Part shown: positions 25,710 through 34,164 of the stretch, one piece after another
Layout of the letters: each line of letters opens with the position of its first letter
Numbering within the stretch: position 1 is the first letter of the stretch
From: Gemmatimonadota bacterium
GTDB lineage: Bacteria > Gemmatimonadota > Gemmatimonadetes > Gemmatimonadales > Gemmatimonadaceae
Length of the DNA: 34,164 nt
Direction of reading: 5' to 3'
NCBI GenBank assembly: GCA_031416495.1
Contig: JANOTV010000235.1
Span: 1 to 34,164 of the forward strand
Translations under genes and position numbers: made by a program
Notes under the pieces: generated by a model
Databases searched by the model: none
What the model was told of the DNA's origin: nothing
What the model saw: the letters and a program-made list of their open reading frames with translations, nothing else

Positions 25710-28475
25710 TCACTCCGATTGCGCGGTGCCGATGTCGAGTGCGACGAGCCGCAGGAGCTCGGCGTCGCTGAGTGCCGTCAGATCCAGTTCCGCCCCACCC
25801 TCGAGCAGGTGCTGCGCGAGTTGTTTCTTCGATTCAATCAGGGCGTCGATCTTCTCCTCGACCGTCCCCCTGCAAATGAACTTGTGCACCAGCACGTTCT
25901 TCGTCTGTCCGATGCGGAAGGCGCGGTCCGTGGCCTGGTTCTCGACCGCCGGATTCCACCAGCGATCAAAGTGCACCACATGGGCCGCCGCCGTGAGGTT
26001 GAGCCCTGTGCCGCCGGCCTTGAGCGAGAGCACAAAGAACGGAACCGTCTCGTCCTCCTGGAAACGCCGCACCAGTTCCTGACGCTTCTTCACCGCCGTC
26101 TCGCCGTGCAAGACGAGCCCGGGCCGACCGAAGACCCCGCCCAGGAAGGTGGAGAGCGGCTCGGTCACCTCGCGGAACTGGGTGAAAACCAGCAGCTTTT
26201 CCTGCTTGGCGACAATAACCTCGGCCAGCTCGCGCAGACGGGCGAACTTCCCGCTGTCCTTCTGGTCCCAGGCGCCGTCGCCAAGCCAGTGGGATGGATG
26301 GTTGCAAATCTGCTTGAAGCGCATGAGGAAGGCGAGCACCAGGCCTCTGCGCTGGATCCCCTCCGTGCCTGCGATGCGCTTGGTGAGCTCACCCACGCTG
26401 TCCTGGTAGAGCGCCGCCTGTCGGCGGCCGAGCGTGCAGTAGGCCTTGACCTCGGTCTTGTCCGGCAGATCGGCGATGACGGTCCGGTCGGTCTTGAGGC
26501 GCCGCAGGATGTACGGCCGCACGAGTTCGCGGAGCGGACCGTGGGAACCGGCGGGACCGGACGCGAGGCGCTTTGCGTAGCGCGCGAACTCCCGCTCGGA
26601 GCCAAGCAGCCCAGGCAGCAGGAAGTCGAACAGCGACCAGAGGTCGCCGAGGCTATTCTCGATCGGCGTGCCGGTCAGCGCGATGCGTGCGCGCGCGCTG
26701 AGCTTCTTGGCCGCTCGCGTCTGCTTCGAGCCCGGGTTCTTGATGGCCTGGGCCTCGTCGAGGATGACGAGATTCCAGGCGGTCGACTGGAGCCACGGGA
26801 TCCGCAGCAGTGAACCGTAGCTGGTGATCACGAGGTCCGTGCCCGCGAGTTCGGCAGGCTCGATCGAGGCCAGCTTCTCGGCAGACATCGCGGACGGGTG
26901 CGCGATCTGCGCCGCAAGGCTGGGCGCGAAACGCTCGAGTTCCGCGGCCCAGTTGGCGAGCAGCGAGGCCGGCGCCACTAGCAAATTCGGTCGTCGCCCG
27001 TTCCCGTTCGTGTTCTCTTTGCGGTGCACGAGCAGAAGCGCCAGCACCTGAATGGTCTTGCCGAGCCCCATGTCGTCGGCCAGGCACGCGCCGAGGCCGA
27101 GCTCGGAGCAGAGGTGCAGCCAGCGCACACCGGCCTCCTGATAGGGCCGCAGCGTCCCGTGCAGTTCGCGCCCGGGATGGACCCGCGCGAGCCCCGCGGG
27201 CGAGCGCAGGCCCGCGAGCCGCTCGGCGAGCCACGGTCCGGCGCCGACGCCAACCCACTCCCGGTCCGCACCGTGCGCCTCACCGTCCAGGTCGTGGCCG
27301 CCGATCTCCGCACCCGCGAGCAGGCGCATCGCCTCCGCGAAGCTCAGACGCCCCGCGGTGGCCAGGCGTTCGGCGTCGCGGAAGCGCGCGAGCGTGCTCT
27401 CGAGCCGCTCGCGATCGACCTCGACCCACTGGCCGCGCAGGAACGCGAACCCGCTTGTCCCGGCGAGCAGCGCCTTCACCTCCGCGCCCGTCAGCGGCTC
27501 GCCGTCGAGCGTGAGCTCGGCGCGAAAATCGAGCAAGGCGTCCTGACCGAGACCCGAGGGCGCACCGCTTCCCACCGTGCCCGAGACGCGCGGTCGCGGC
27601 GGGCGGCCGGCGCGCCAGTTCGCGGGCATGCGCACCACGACGCCGGCGCGCTCGAGTTCGTGCACGTCGCCGAGCAGGCGAAATGCCTCCTCCGGAGCCC
27701 AGCGTAGCGGGTGGAATATCTCGCCACTGGCGACCATCGTGCGCAGCCAGTCGCAACGCTCCGCGGCACGCTGCACGGGCACGAGCAGCGAGAGCAGGCG
27801 CTCCTTGTTGGCGGCACCAGCGAATTCCTGCAGCGCCTGACCCAGCGGTTGGTGCTGGGCGTTGCCGCTGGCCCCTAGTCGGCCGGTGTAAGTCGCCAGG
27901 AAGGCGAAGGGTGCCTCTGGATCGCGGCGGTTCTCGGCCAGGTTGAAGTGCACGCGTCCGACCACGTTCCAGGCCGGATCGAGGCTCTTCAGGAACTCCG
28001 CGAGCGTGGCGCCGGACTCCTCGAGCTCGGTCACGAATGCCTGGGCCAGCTCGTTCCACAATACGCGCAGCACCGCGACGCTCAGGTACTCGGCTCCGTC
28101 CATCAGGGGTGCGGCACGGAGCAGCGATTCGAGTTCCTCGTCCCCCGGCGCTTCCGGCGGTCCGATCGCGGAGCGCGCCTCGGCGACGTCCGCGCGCAGG
28201 CAGAGCGCCGTGACGAGGCGCGCGGCGAACTCCCGCCACCACCCGAAGGCCGGTGGAAGCGCGCTCGCCACGTTCCGCGCTCCGAGCGCGAGCAGCCCAT
28301 GCCCTGCCCCGCGCGCAAAGGCCTGCTCGAGCACCTCGGCGCGCTCCGTCGCGAGCTCCGTCGCGTCGTCCGCGTGGGTGAGCACGAGCCGCCCGTGCGG
28401 AGTGAGGCAGGGCGTCAGACGTCCCCCACGCGCGGGTCTGGGCGTCGGCGCGGGGTCCTTCGCGGCGCGACTCAC
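25710..28475 (-). CDS. SNF2-family (SWI2/SNF2) helicase/ATPase
   Basis: LRPYQ, LADDMGLGKT, DEAQ, LTGTP, LRRLK, SLKAGGTGLNL and QATDRAFRIGQ motifs; probable GTG start at 28475. Confidence 0.95.
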   Translation of the reverse strand: MSRAAKDPAPTPRPARGGRLTPCLTPHGRLVLTHADDATELATERAEVLEQAFARGAGHGLLALGARNVASALPPAFGWWREFAARLVTALCLRADVAEARSAIGPPEAPGDEELESLLRAAPLMDGAEYLSVAVLRVLWNELAQAFVTELEESGATLAEFLKSLDPAWNVVGRVHFNLAENRRDPEAPFAFLATYTGRLGASGNAQHQPLGQALQEFAGAANKERLLSLLVPVQRAAERCDWLRTMVASGEIFHPLRWAPEEAFRLLGDVHELERAGVVVRMPANWRAGRPPRPRVSGTVGSGAPSGLGQDALLDFRAELTLDGEPLTGAEVKALLAGTSGFAFLRGQWVEVDRERLESTLARFRDAERLATAGRLSFAEAMRLLAGAEIGGHDLDGEAHGADREWVGVGAGPWLAERLAGLRSPAGLARVHPGRELHGTLRPYQEAGVRWLHLCSELGLGACLADDMGLGKTIQVLALLLVHRKENTNGNGRRPNLLVAPASLLANWAAELERFAPSLAAQIAHPSAMSAEKLASIEPAELAGTDLVITSYGSLLRIPWLQSTAWNLVILDEAQAIKNPGSKQTRAAKKLSARARIALTGTPIENSLGDLWSLFDFLLPGLLGSEREFARYAKRLASGPAGSHGPLRELVRPYILRRLKTDRTVIADLPDKTEVKAYCTLGRRQAALYQDSVGELTKRIAGTEGIQRRGLVLAFLMRFKQICNHPSHWLGDGAWDQKDSGKFARLRELAEVIVAKQEKLLVFTQFREVTEPLSTFLGGVFGRPGLVLHGETAVKKRQELVRRFQEDETVPFFVLSLKAGGTGLNLTAAAHVVHFDRWWNPAVENQATDRAFRIGQTKNVLVHKFICRGTVEEKIDALIESKKQLAQHLLEGGAELDLTALSDAELLRLVALDIGTAQSE

Positions 28476-28500
28476 GCTACGGTCGCCCAGAACGGTCTCG

Positions 28501-28704
28501 TCACAGCGCCTTCCACAGCACACGCAGCGGCGCAGCGCCGAGCGATGAGTAACGGATCGTGACGTTCCCCTCGTGATGCACGGCGTTGGGGAAGCGGATG
28601 TCGTAGAAGACCGTGCTGGTCGTGGAAGGCGACTGCTGCGCCGCGAGCGCTGTCGCAGCGCACATCTGGAGCGCAATGCCGATTCGCGATCTCACAAGGA
28701 CCAT
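28501..28704 (-). pseudogene. Truncated N-terminus of a secreted M61-like peptidase
   Basis: Signal peptide then YDIRFPNAVHHEGNVTI...PLRV, resembling M61 N-termini; stops abruptly 25 nt before the SNF2 start. Confidence 0.55.
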
Positions 28705-28797
28705 CCCGATAGAGGTTGCTTACCATCGGGGAATCTGCCCTCGAACGCGCCCCATGCGCGAGTGCACGCGCGGGACGCGTGCACTCGGCGGGCTACA

Positions 28798-29307
28798 TCA
28801 TATCGTCGGCTCGGCGCCGCGGGCCTCGCGGATCATCGCGATCGAGGATGCATTCACGGCCACATCGCCGATCTCGTGGCCATCAGGCAGCAGCGTCGCA
28901 CCCGAGAGTCCGGCGAACTTGCCACAGTGGCTCAGGTAGTCGCTCATGCGCTGCATCGGGGCGATGAACAGGTGGCCTCGCAGGGCCTTGCCACCGATGA
29001 GGTAGAGCTCGACCTTGCGCTCGCCGGCGCCCGATCCCGCCTGGCCAACCACCTGCATGTTGCCGTCCGGGGCCGTGACGAGGACGACGAGGTCCGTCTG
29101 GACGACGAGGTGACCCGTCGGCTCGTTCAGTTTGGGGCGGTGGGCATCCACCATGTTCATCCAGCCGCCCTTCCGGCTCGCGAGAAACGACACGAGCGAC
29201 ATGTCCTCGCCGATGAAGATGGAGCCCTCGACGAGGGATCCGTCTCGCATGACGACGTGAAGACGCTTGTTTTCTTGCGCTCTGGTCCGGCCTGTGGGAG
29301 CGGTCAT
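28798..29307 (-). CDS. Hypothetical protein with two tandem small domains (DUF6812-like)
   Basis: ATG 29307; internal repeat VEGSIFI...SLVSFL versus LRGHLFI...RMSDYL. Confidence 0.6.
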   Translation of the reverse strand: MTAPTGRTRAQENKRLHVVMRDGSLVEGSIFIGEDMSLVSFLASRKGGWMNMVDAHRPKLNEPTGHLVVQTDLVVLVTAPDGNMQVVGQAGSGAGERKVELYLIGGKALRGHLFIAPMQRMSDYLSHCGKFAGLSGATLLPDGHEIGDVAVNASSIAMIREARGAEPTI

Positions 29308-29404
29308 TTCCAGTGGGTGGTTGGGTCCGAGTTGAAGGACGACCCAGCCAAACGGAACGGCACGGACGCCTTGCAAACAGCATCCTCCCTGCCGACCGTT
29401 CGGG

Positions 29405-31252
29405 ATGCCCAATGCCCCGTATTCAGCCGTCCGCCTGGCGGCCGCCATCTTCGCGTCCGCATCGGCGCTCGCCGCACAACCGGTCGCGCTCGCCGCACAA
29501 CCGGTCGCGCGCGCCGCACTCTCGGCGCCCGTCGCGGGCCTGCGGTTCGAGGTGACCCTCGATGCCGCCCACGCCGCCGAGCGACGCATCGGGGTGCGCG
29601 CCACGATGCAGGTGGAGGGGAACACGCCGGTGTTGCTGTCGCTCCCCGCCTGGACGCCGGGTGCGTACGAGATCTCGAACTTCGCGCGGCATGTATCCGG
29701 CTTCACCGCCACCCAGCAGGGACGTTCGCTCGACTGGGACAAGCTCGATCCCGACACCTGGCGCATCGTGCCGGCGCGTCGCGGTTCGGTCGAGATCTCC
29801 TACTCCGTTCGTGCGGACACGCTCGACACCTCCGCCTCGTGGACCGCCGACGATTTCGGCTTCTTCAACGGCACGACGCTCTTCCCACTCGTGGAGGGAC
29901 GGCTCGACACGCCGGCGACGGTGACGGTTCGCACCGAAGGCGACTGGCTCGTTGCCACCGGCATGACGCCGGCCGGACCGGCGCGGAGCTATCGCGCGAC
30001 TGACTTCCACGACCTCGTCGATCATCCGTTCTTCGTCGGGCGTTTCGATCTGGACAGCGCGCTGGTCGCCGAGCGATGGATGCGTCTCGCGACATATCCC
30101 GAGGGCGCCCTCTCGCCAGCGCAGCGCGCAACGCATTGGGATGCCCTCAAGCGGTCCGTCGCGCCGCTTGCCGCGGTGTTCGGTGACGTTCCCTGGAAGA
30201 CGTACACGGTGCTGCAGGTCGTCGACTCGTCCTTCGGCGGCATGAGCGCGCTCGAGCACGCCGAGAGCGAGCTGGCGATCGTCGGAGCACGGTACCTGGA
30301 TGAGCCGTTCGTGCAGTCGGTGCACGCGCACGAGATCGCGCACGCATGGAACGTGAAGCGTCTCCGTCCGGCCGATCTCGTGCCGTACGTCTACGACCGG
30401 CCGCAGCCCACCACCTGGCTCTGGATGAGCGAAGGCGTGACCGATTACTACGCCGACCTCGCGCTCGTGCGCTCGGGGCTCGTCGATGAAGCACAGTTTC
30501 TCAATGTCACGCTGGGCAAGATCGACGGCGTGGCCGAGCGGTCGGCGACGGCGCTCGAGGATGCATCGCTCCAGGCATGGCTCGGCATGACCGATGGCAC
30601 GTCGGATCTCTACTATGACAAGGGATCGCTCGCCGGGCTCGCGCTCGACATCATCATCCGCGACGCCTCCGACAACCGGCGCTCGCTCGACGACGTGATG
30701 CGCGAGCTATGGACCGAGACATGGAAGAAGACCGGCCGAGGCTTCACGGCCGACGATTTCTGGAACGCCGTCGCGCGCGCAGCCGGTGGCCGCGCACTCG
30801 GCGACTTCAACCGCCGATACATCGGCGGGCGTGAGCCGTTCCCTTGGGAGACATGGTTGCCGCGTGCCGGCTGGACCATCGTCACCGACTCGATCGCGGA
30901 GCCGCGACTGGGGGCACTGCTGCGCGCCGACGAGCGGGGGGTGCGGGTGACAGCGATCGACCCGAGCGGCGCGGGTGCGCGCGCGGGACTCGCACTGAAC
31001 GACGTGATCACGCATATCGGCGGCCGCTCGACGCTCGATCCAGACTTCGGTCAGCGCTGGCGCGATTTCTGGGGCAAGCGACCGGGCGCGCCGATGGGTC
31101 TCACGGTCGCGCGTGGCGGCGAGACGGCGACCATTACCGCCACCGTCGAGATCGCGACACTCATCGACCGGCACATCGTCCCCGCGCCCAATGCGGGCGC
31201 GAAGGCACGGCGCATCCGTGGCGGGATCCTACGGGGTTCGACGGACCGGTGA
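29405..31252 (+). CDS. M61 family (glycyl) aminopeptidase with PDZ domain
   Basis: Signal peptide; PAWTPGAY, ALEH, HEIAHAWN, WMSEGVTDYY, YYDKG and a C-terminal PDZ-like region. Confidence 0.93.
   Translation: MPNAPYSAVRLAAAIFASASALAAQPVALAAQPVARAALSAPVAGLRFEVTLDAAHAAERRIGVRATMQVEGNTPVLLSLPAWTPGAYEISNFARHVSGFTATQQGRSLDWDKLDPDTWRIVPARRGSVEISYSVRADTLDTSASWTADDFGFFNGTTLFPLVEGRLDTPATVTVRTEGDWLVATGMTPAGPARSYRATDFHDLVDHPFFVGRFDLDSALVAERWMRLATYPEGALSPAQRATHWDALKRSVAPLAAVFGDVPWKTYTVLQVVDSSFGGMSALEHAESELAIVGARYLDEPFVQSVHAHEIAHAWNVKRLRPADLVPYVYDRPQPTTWLWMSEGVTDYYADLALVRSGLVDEAQFLNVTLGKIDGVAERSATALEDASLQAWLGMTDGTSDLYYDKGSLAGLALDIIIRDASDNRRSLDDVMRELWTETWKKTGRGFTADDFWNAVARAAGGRALGDFNRRYIGGREPFPWETWLPRAGWTIVTDSIAEPRLGALLRADERGVRVTAIDPSGAGARAGLALNDVITHIGGRSTLDPDFGQRWRDFWGKRPGAPMGLTVARGGETATITATVEIATLIDRHIVPAPNAGAKARRIRGGILRGSTDR
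29465..29519. repeat. 21-bp tandem duplication GCGCTCGCCGCACAACCGGTC (2 full copies plus a partial)
   Basis: Copies at 29465-29485 and 29486-29506 encode ALAAQPV twice at the signal peptide cleavage region. Confidence 0.9.
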
Positions 31253-32740
31253 GAGCGGCGGGCGGGGGAGTGCCATCTCCCGCTCGATCTCGTGCATCTC
31301 ACGCGGCACGCCGGCAGAGGGGCGCTCGACGCCGGCTTCGGTCACGAGGAAGACATCCTCGACGCGCACGCCGATGCCCGAGTACTTCGCTAACGCGTTT
31401 GCGACGCGAGCCTTGAATGCGCGGTTGCGCGGCGTATCGGAGATGATCTCCATCAGGTTCGAACGCACGTAGATGCCCGGTTCGATCGTGAAGGCACTGC
31501 CGACGTCGATGCGGCCGTTCATCGCGTACTGGTCGGGGTCATGCACGTCGAGCCCGATGCCGTGCCCGAGCCCATGCATGTAGTAGAGCGAGAGCTGCGG
31601 GCACTCCCGGGCGCGGTCGGCGGTGCCGCAGTCATAGGTGGCGTCGGCGCTCTCGATGAGGCCGATGTGAGCCAGGCCCGCGCGCAGCACGAAGGTCGCC
31701 GAATCGGTCATCGCGCGGGACGGCCCGCCGGCGCGCACCTGCCGCTCCGCGGCCTTCTGCGCATCGAGCACGATCGAGTAGATGTCGCGCTGCGTCGGCG
31801 AAAACTTGCCGTTCACAGGCACCGTGCGCGTGATGTCCGTGCTGTAGCCGTCGAACGATGCCGCCATGTCCATCACGATCACTTCGCCATCGCGCGCGAT
31901 GCGGTCGTTGCGGTTGTAGTGCAGCGTGGTCGCGTTCGGGCCAGAGCCGACGATCGACTCGTATCCCGGGCCGTCCGCGCCGGCCATGCGCCAGGCACCT
32001 TCCGCCATTCCCTCGATCTGGAACTCGGCGATGTTCGGCTGGATGACGCGCATCACCGCGAGGTGTCCGGCCGCGCTGATCTCGGTTGCGATCCGCAGGC
32101 GCGCCAGCTCCGACGTGCTCTTCCTGCCGCGGAGCCTTCCCACGGCGTTCGCCACGTTCTCGACCTTGAGTCCCGGATGCGCCGCGCGGATCTCATCGAT
32201 GAACTGGTCCTGTCGGGTGCGGACGGTGGAAGTGCCCGAGAGATCGCCCGCGACGTAGAGCGGACCGCCCTGCTTGATGAGCTCGTCGAGCACGGCGCGC
32301 AGGGTCGATGTCTCACGGCCTTCCATGCCGAAGCGCGCACGCACGCCATCGACGCCGAGCCGGTCGCCGTTCCAGACTTCGCGCGCGGGATCCCTGGGCC
32401 GCACGAAGAGCATCTCCTGCCTCGTGCCGCCGCGCTCGACCATCACCAGCGCGGCATCGGGCTCGCGGAAGTCGGTGAGGTAGAGGAACGCGCGCGCCTG
32501 CTGCCATGGAAGGAAGTCGGGCGAGGGCTCGTGCGAACCGAGCACGAGTGTGATGCCGTCGCCCAGCGCCTCGAACAGCTGCTCGCGGCGTTCGGCCTGT
32601 TCGGATCGCACGGCGCTGGCCACGGCCGCACGGGCGGATGGCTGCGCAGCCCGCACTGGCTGCGCCTCTGCCGGCGAGGAAAGTGACGGCAGCATCACGC
32701 CGGCCGAAAGTACGATAAGCGACTGGATCCGACGATTCAC
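31229..32740 (-). CDS. pepP: Xaa-Pro aminopeptidase (M24B) with signal peptide
   Basis: TLHY, MD...DITRT, HGLGHGIGLDVHD, TIEPGIY and GVRVED motifs; start GTG 32740 (alternative ATG 32758). Confidence 0.92.
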   Translation of the reverse strand: MNRRIQSLIVLSAGVMLPSLSSPAEAQPVRAAQPSARAAVASAVRSEQAERREQLFEALGDGITLVLGSHEPSPDFLPWQQARAFLYLTDFREPDAALVMVERGGTRQEMLFVRPRDPAREVWNGDRLGVDGVRARFGMEGRETSTLRAVLDELIKQGGPLYVAGDLSGTSTVRTRQDQFIDEIRAAHPGLKVENVANAVGRLRGRKSTSELARLRIATEISAAGHLAVMRVIQPNIAEFQIEGMAEGAWRMAGADGPGYESIVGSGPNATTLHYNRNDRIARDGEVIVMDMAASFDGYSTDITRTVPVNGKFSPTQRDIYSIVLDAQKAAERQVRAGGPSRAMTDSATFVLRAGLAHIGLIESADATYDCGTADRARECPQLSLYYMHGLGHGIGLDVHDPDQYAMNGRIDVGSAFTIEPGIYVRSNLMEIISDTPRNRAFKARVANALAKYSGIGVRVEDVFLVTEAGVERPSAGVPREMHEIEREMALPRPPLSPVRRTP

Positions 32741-32890
32741 TGATGACCCCTGCGCCATTGGCGCTGATATTCGACTGACTGAAACTGCAGTTGTGTCGTC
32801 GATCGCGCACCTCCCCCAGCGGTGCCCCAGCGGTGCCACCGCGATCTGCGTAGACTAAGGGCGTACCCCCTTACCCGGAGTTATTCCGCG

Positions 32891-34164
32891 ATGTCCTGGC
32901 GCCCTTTCCGTAACGCGCTCGCCCTCACTGCCGTGTTGGCACTCCCGGCAGCCGCGCAGCAGCGACTGACCTCTCCCAAGGATTTCTTCGGCCATGAGAT
33001 CGGCGCCGATTACGTCCTCCCCAACTACTCGAAGTTCGCCGAATACTGGGTGAAGCTCGCGAACGAGTCCGATCGCATGGACCTCGACACCATCGGCGTG
33101 ACCGCCGAGGGCCGCCCGCAGCTGATGGCGATCGTCTCGAGCCCCGAGAATCTCCGCAACAAGGAGCGGTACCGGCAGATCGCCGAGCGTCTCGCGCGTG
33201 CGGAAGGTCTCACCGCCGAGCAGGCGCGGCAGCTCGCGAAGGACGGGAAGGGCATCGTCTGGATCGATGGTGGCCTGCATGCGACCGAAGTACTCGGCGC
33301 GCAGCAGCTCCTCGAGTCCAACTGGCAGCTCGTCTCCGGTGATGATGAGGAGACCACGCGCTTCCGCAACGATCTCATCATCGTGATGGTGCACGCCAAT
33401 CCCGACGGCATGGAGCTCGTCAGCGACTGGTACATGCGCAATCCGGATCCGCGCCGCCGCAGCACCAATGGCATCCCGCGGCTCTACCATAAGTACATCG
33501 GGCATGACAATAATCGCGATTTCTACCTCGCGTCGCAGCCAGAGTCCGAGAACATGAACCGTGTGCTCTACACGGAGTGGTACCCACAGGTGATGTACAA
33601 CCATCACCAGACCGGTCCTGCCGGCACCGTGATGTTCGCACCGCCGTTCCGCGACCCGATGAACTTCAACATCCACCCGCTCATCAAGACCGGACTCGAC
33701 GTGGTCGGCGGTGCGATGCACAACCGCTTCGTCGCCGAGGAGAAGGGCGGCGTGGTGATGCGCCTCGGCGCGAACTACTCGACCTGGTGGAATGGCGGTC
33801 TGCGCACGACAGTGTACTTCCACAACATGATCGGTCTTCTCACGGAGACCATCGGCCACCCGACGCCGCAGGAGATCCCGTTCATCGCGAACCGGCAGAT
33901 CGCGAGCGCCGACCTTCCGCTGCCGGTGAAGCCGGGCCCGTGGAAGTTCCGCCAGTCGGTCGACTTCTCGGTGACGGCGAACAAGGCCGTTCTCGACGTC
34001 GTCGCACGCAATCGCGAGACGTTCCTGTTCAACATCTGGAAGATGGGCAACGACCGCATCGCGCAGGGCAACCGTGACAACTGGACCGTCTGGCCCAAGC
34101 GCATCGCGGCGATCCAGGAGCAGATGACCGCGACGGCCGGACAGGCTGGCGGTGGCGGCGGCGG
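32891..34164 (+). CDS. M14 zinc carboxypeptidase-family protein, secreted (partial, runs off the window)
   Basis: Hand translation from ATG 32891: signal peptide, FFGHEIGAD, EGRPQ, DGGLHATE (HxxE), NPDG, DNNRD and YNHHQ. Confidence 0.9.
   Translation, partial: MSWRPFRNALALTAVLALPAAAQQRLTSPKDFFGHEIGADYVLPNYSKFAEYWVKLANESDRMDLDTIGVTAEGRPQLMAIVSSPENLRNKERYRQIAERLARAEGLTAEQARQLAKDGKGIVWIDGGLHATEVLGAQQLLESNWQLVSGDDEETTRFRNDLIIVMVHANPDGMELVSDWYMRNPDPRRRSTNGIPRLYHKYIGHDNNRDFYLASQPESENMNRVLYTEWYPQVMYNHHQTGPAGTVMFAPPFRDPMNFNIHPLIKTGLDVVGGAMHNRFVAEEKGGVVMRLGANYSTWWNGGLRTTVYFHNMIGLLTETIGHPTPQEIPFIANRQIASADLPLPVKPGPWKFRQSVDFSVTANKAVLDVVARNRETFLFNIWKMGNDRIAQGNRDNWTVWPKRIAAIQEQMTATAGQAGGGGG

Overview
High-GC bacterial chromosomal window. 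The gene content suggests Gemmatimonadota, but that is inference and was not checked. Left to right: the 5' end of an ECF sigma factor gene and an HD-domain gene on the minus strand, then a complete cbb3-type cytochrome c oxidase operon (fused ccoNO, ccoQ, monoheme ccoP, ccoG, ccoH, a DsbD_2-type membrane protein, ccoI, ccoS). A 1.6-kb insertion follows between the convergent ccoS and P-type ATPase genes. It is built from IS701-like ends and comprises a 151-bp MITE-like element, a dead DUF433/PIN toxin-antitoxin pair, an intact SGNH-like lipoprotein and a second inverted IS end, all sitting in an 18-bp repeat array. Next is a long minus-strand run: P1B-5-type ATPase, small membrane protein, cyclophilin, TonB-C-like lipoprotein, nth, a PolX-PHP that looks polymerase-dead, several hydrolases and peptidases, and an amidohydrolase interrupted by one in-frame TAG. 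After that comes a scar zone of collapsed genes (solA with an internal deletion, an etfB/Fe-S oxidoreductase chimera) beside a SNF2 helicase + SWIM gene pair that abuts a truncated M61 peptidase stub. The window ends with secreted peptidases (M61, PepP, M14). I saw no rRNA, tRNA or CRISPR array. The most unusual signals are the IS701-derived composite element, the non-canonical PolX coupled to nth, and the SNF2-SWIM module with a repeat-encoded basic tail. All family calls rest on motifs recognised by eye, with no database search.
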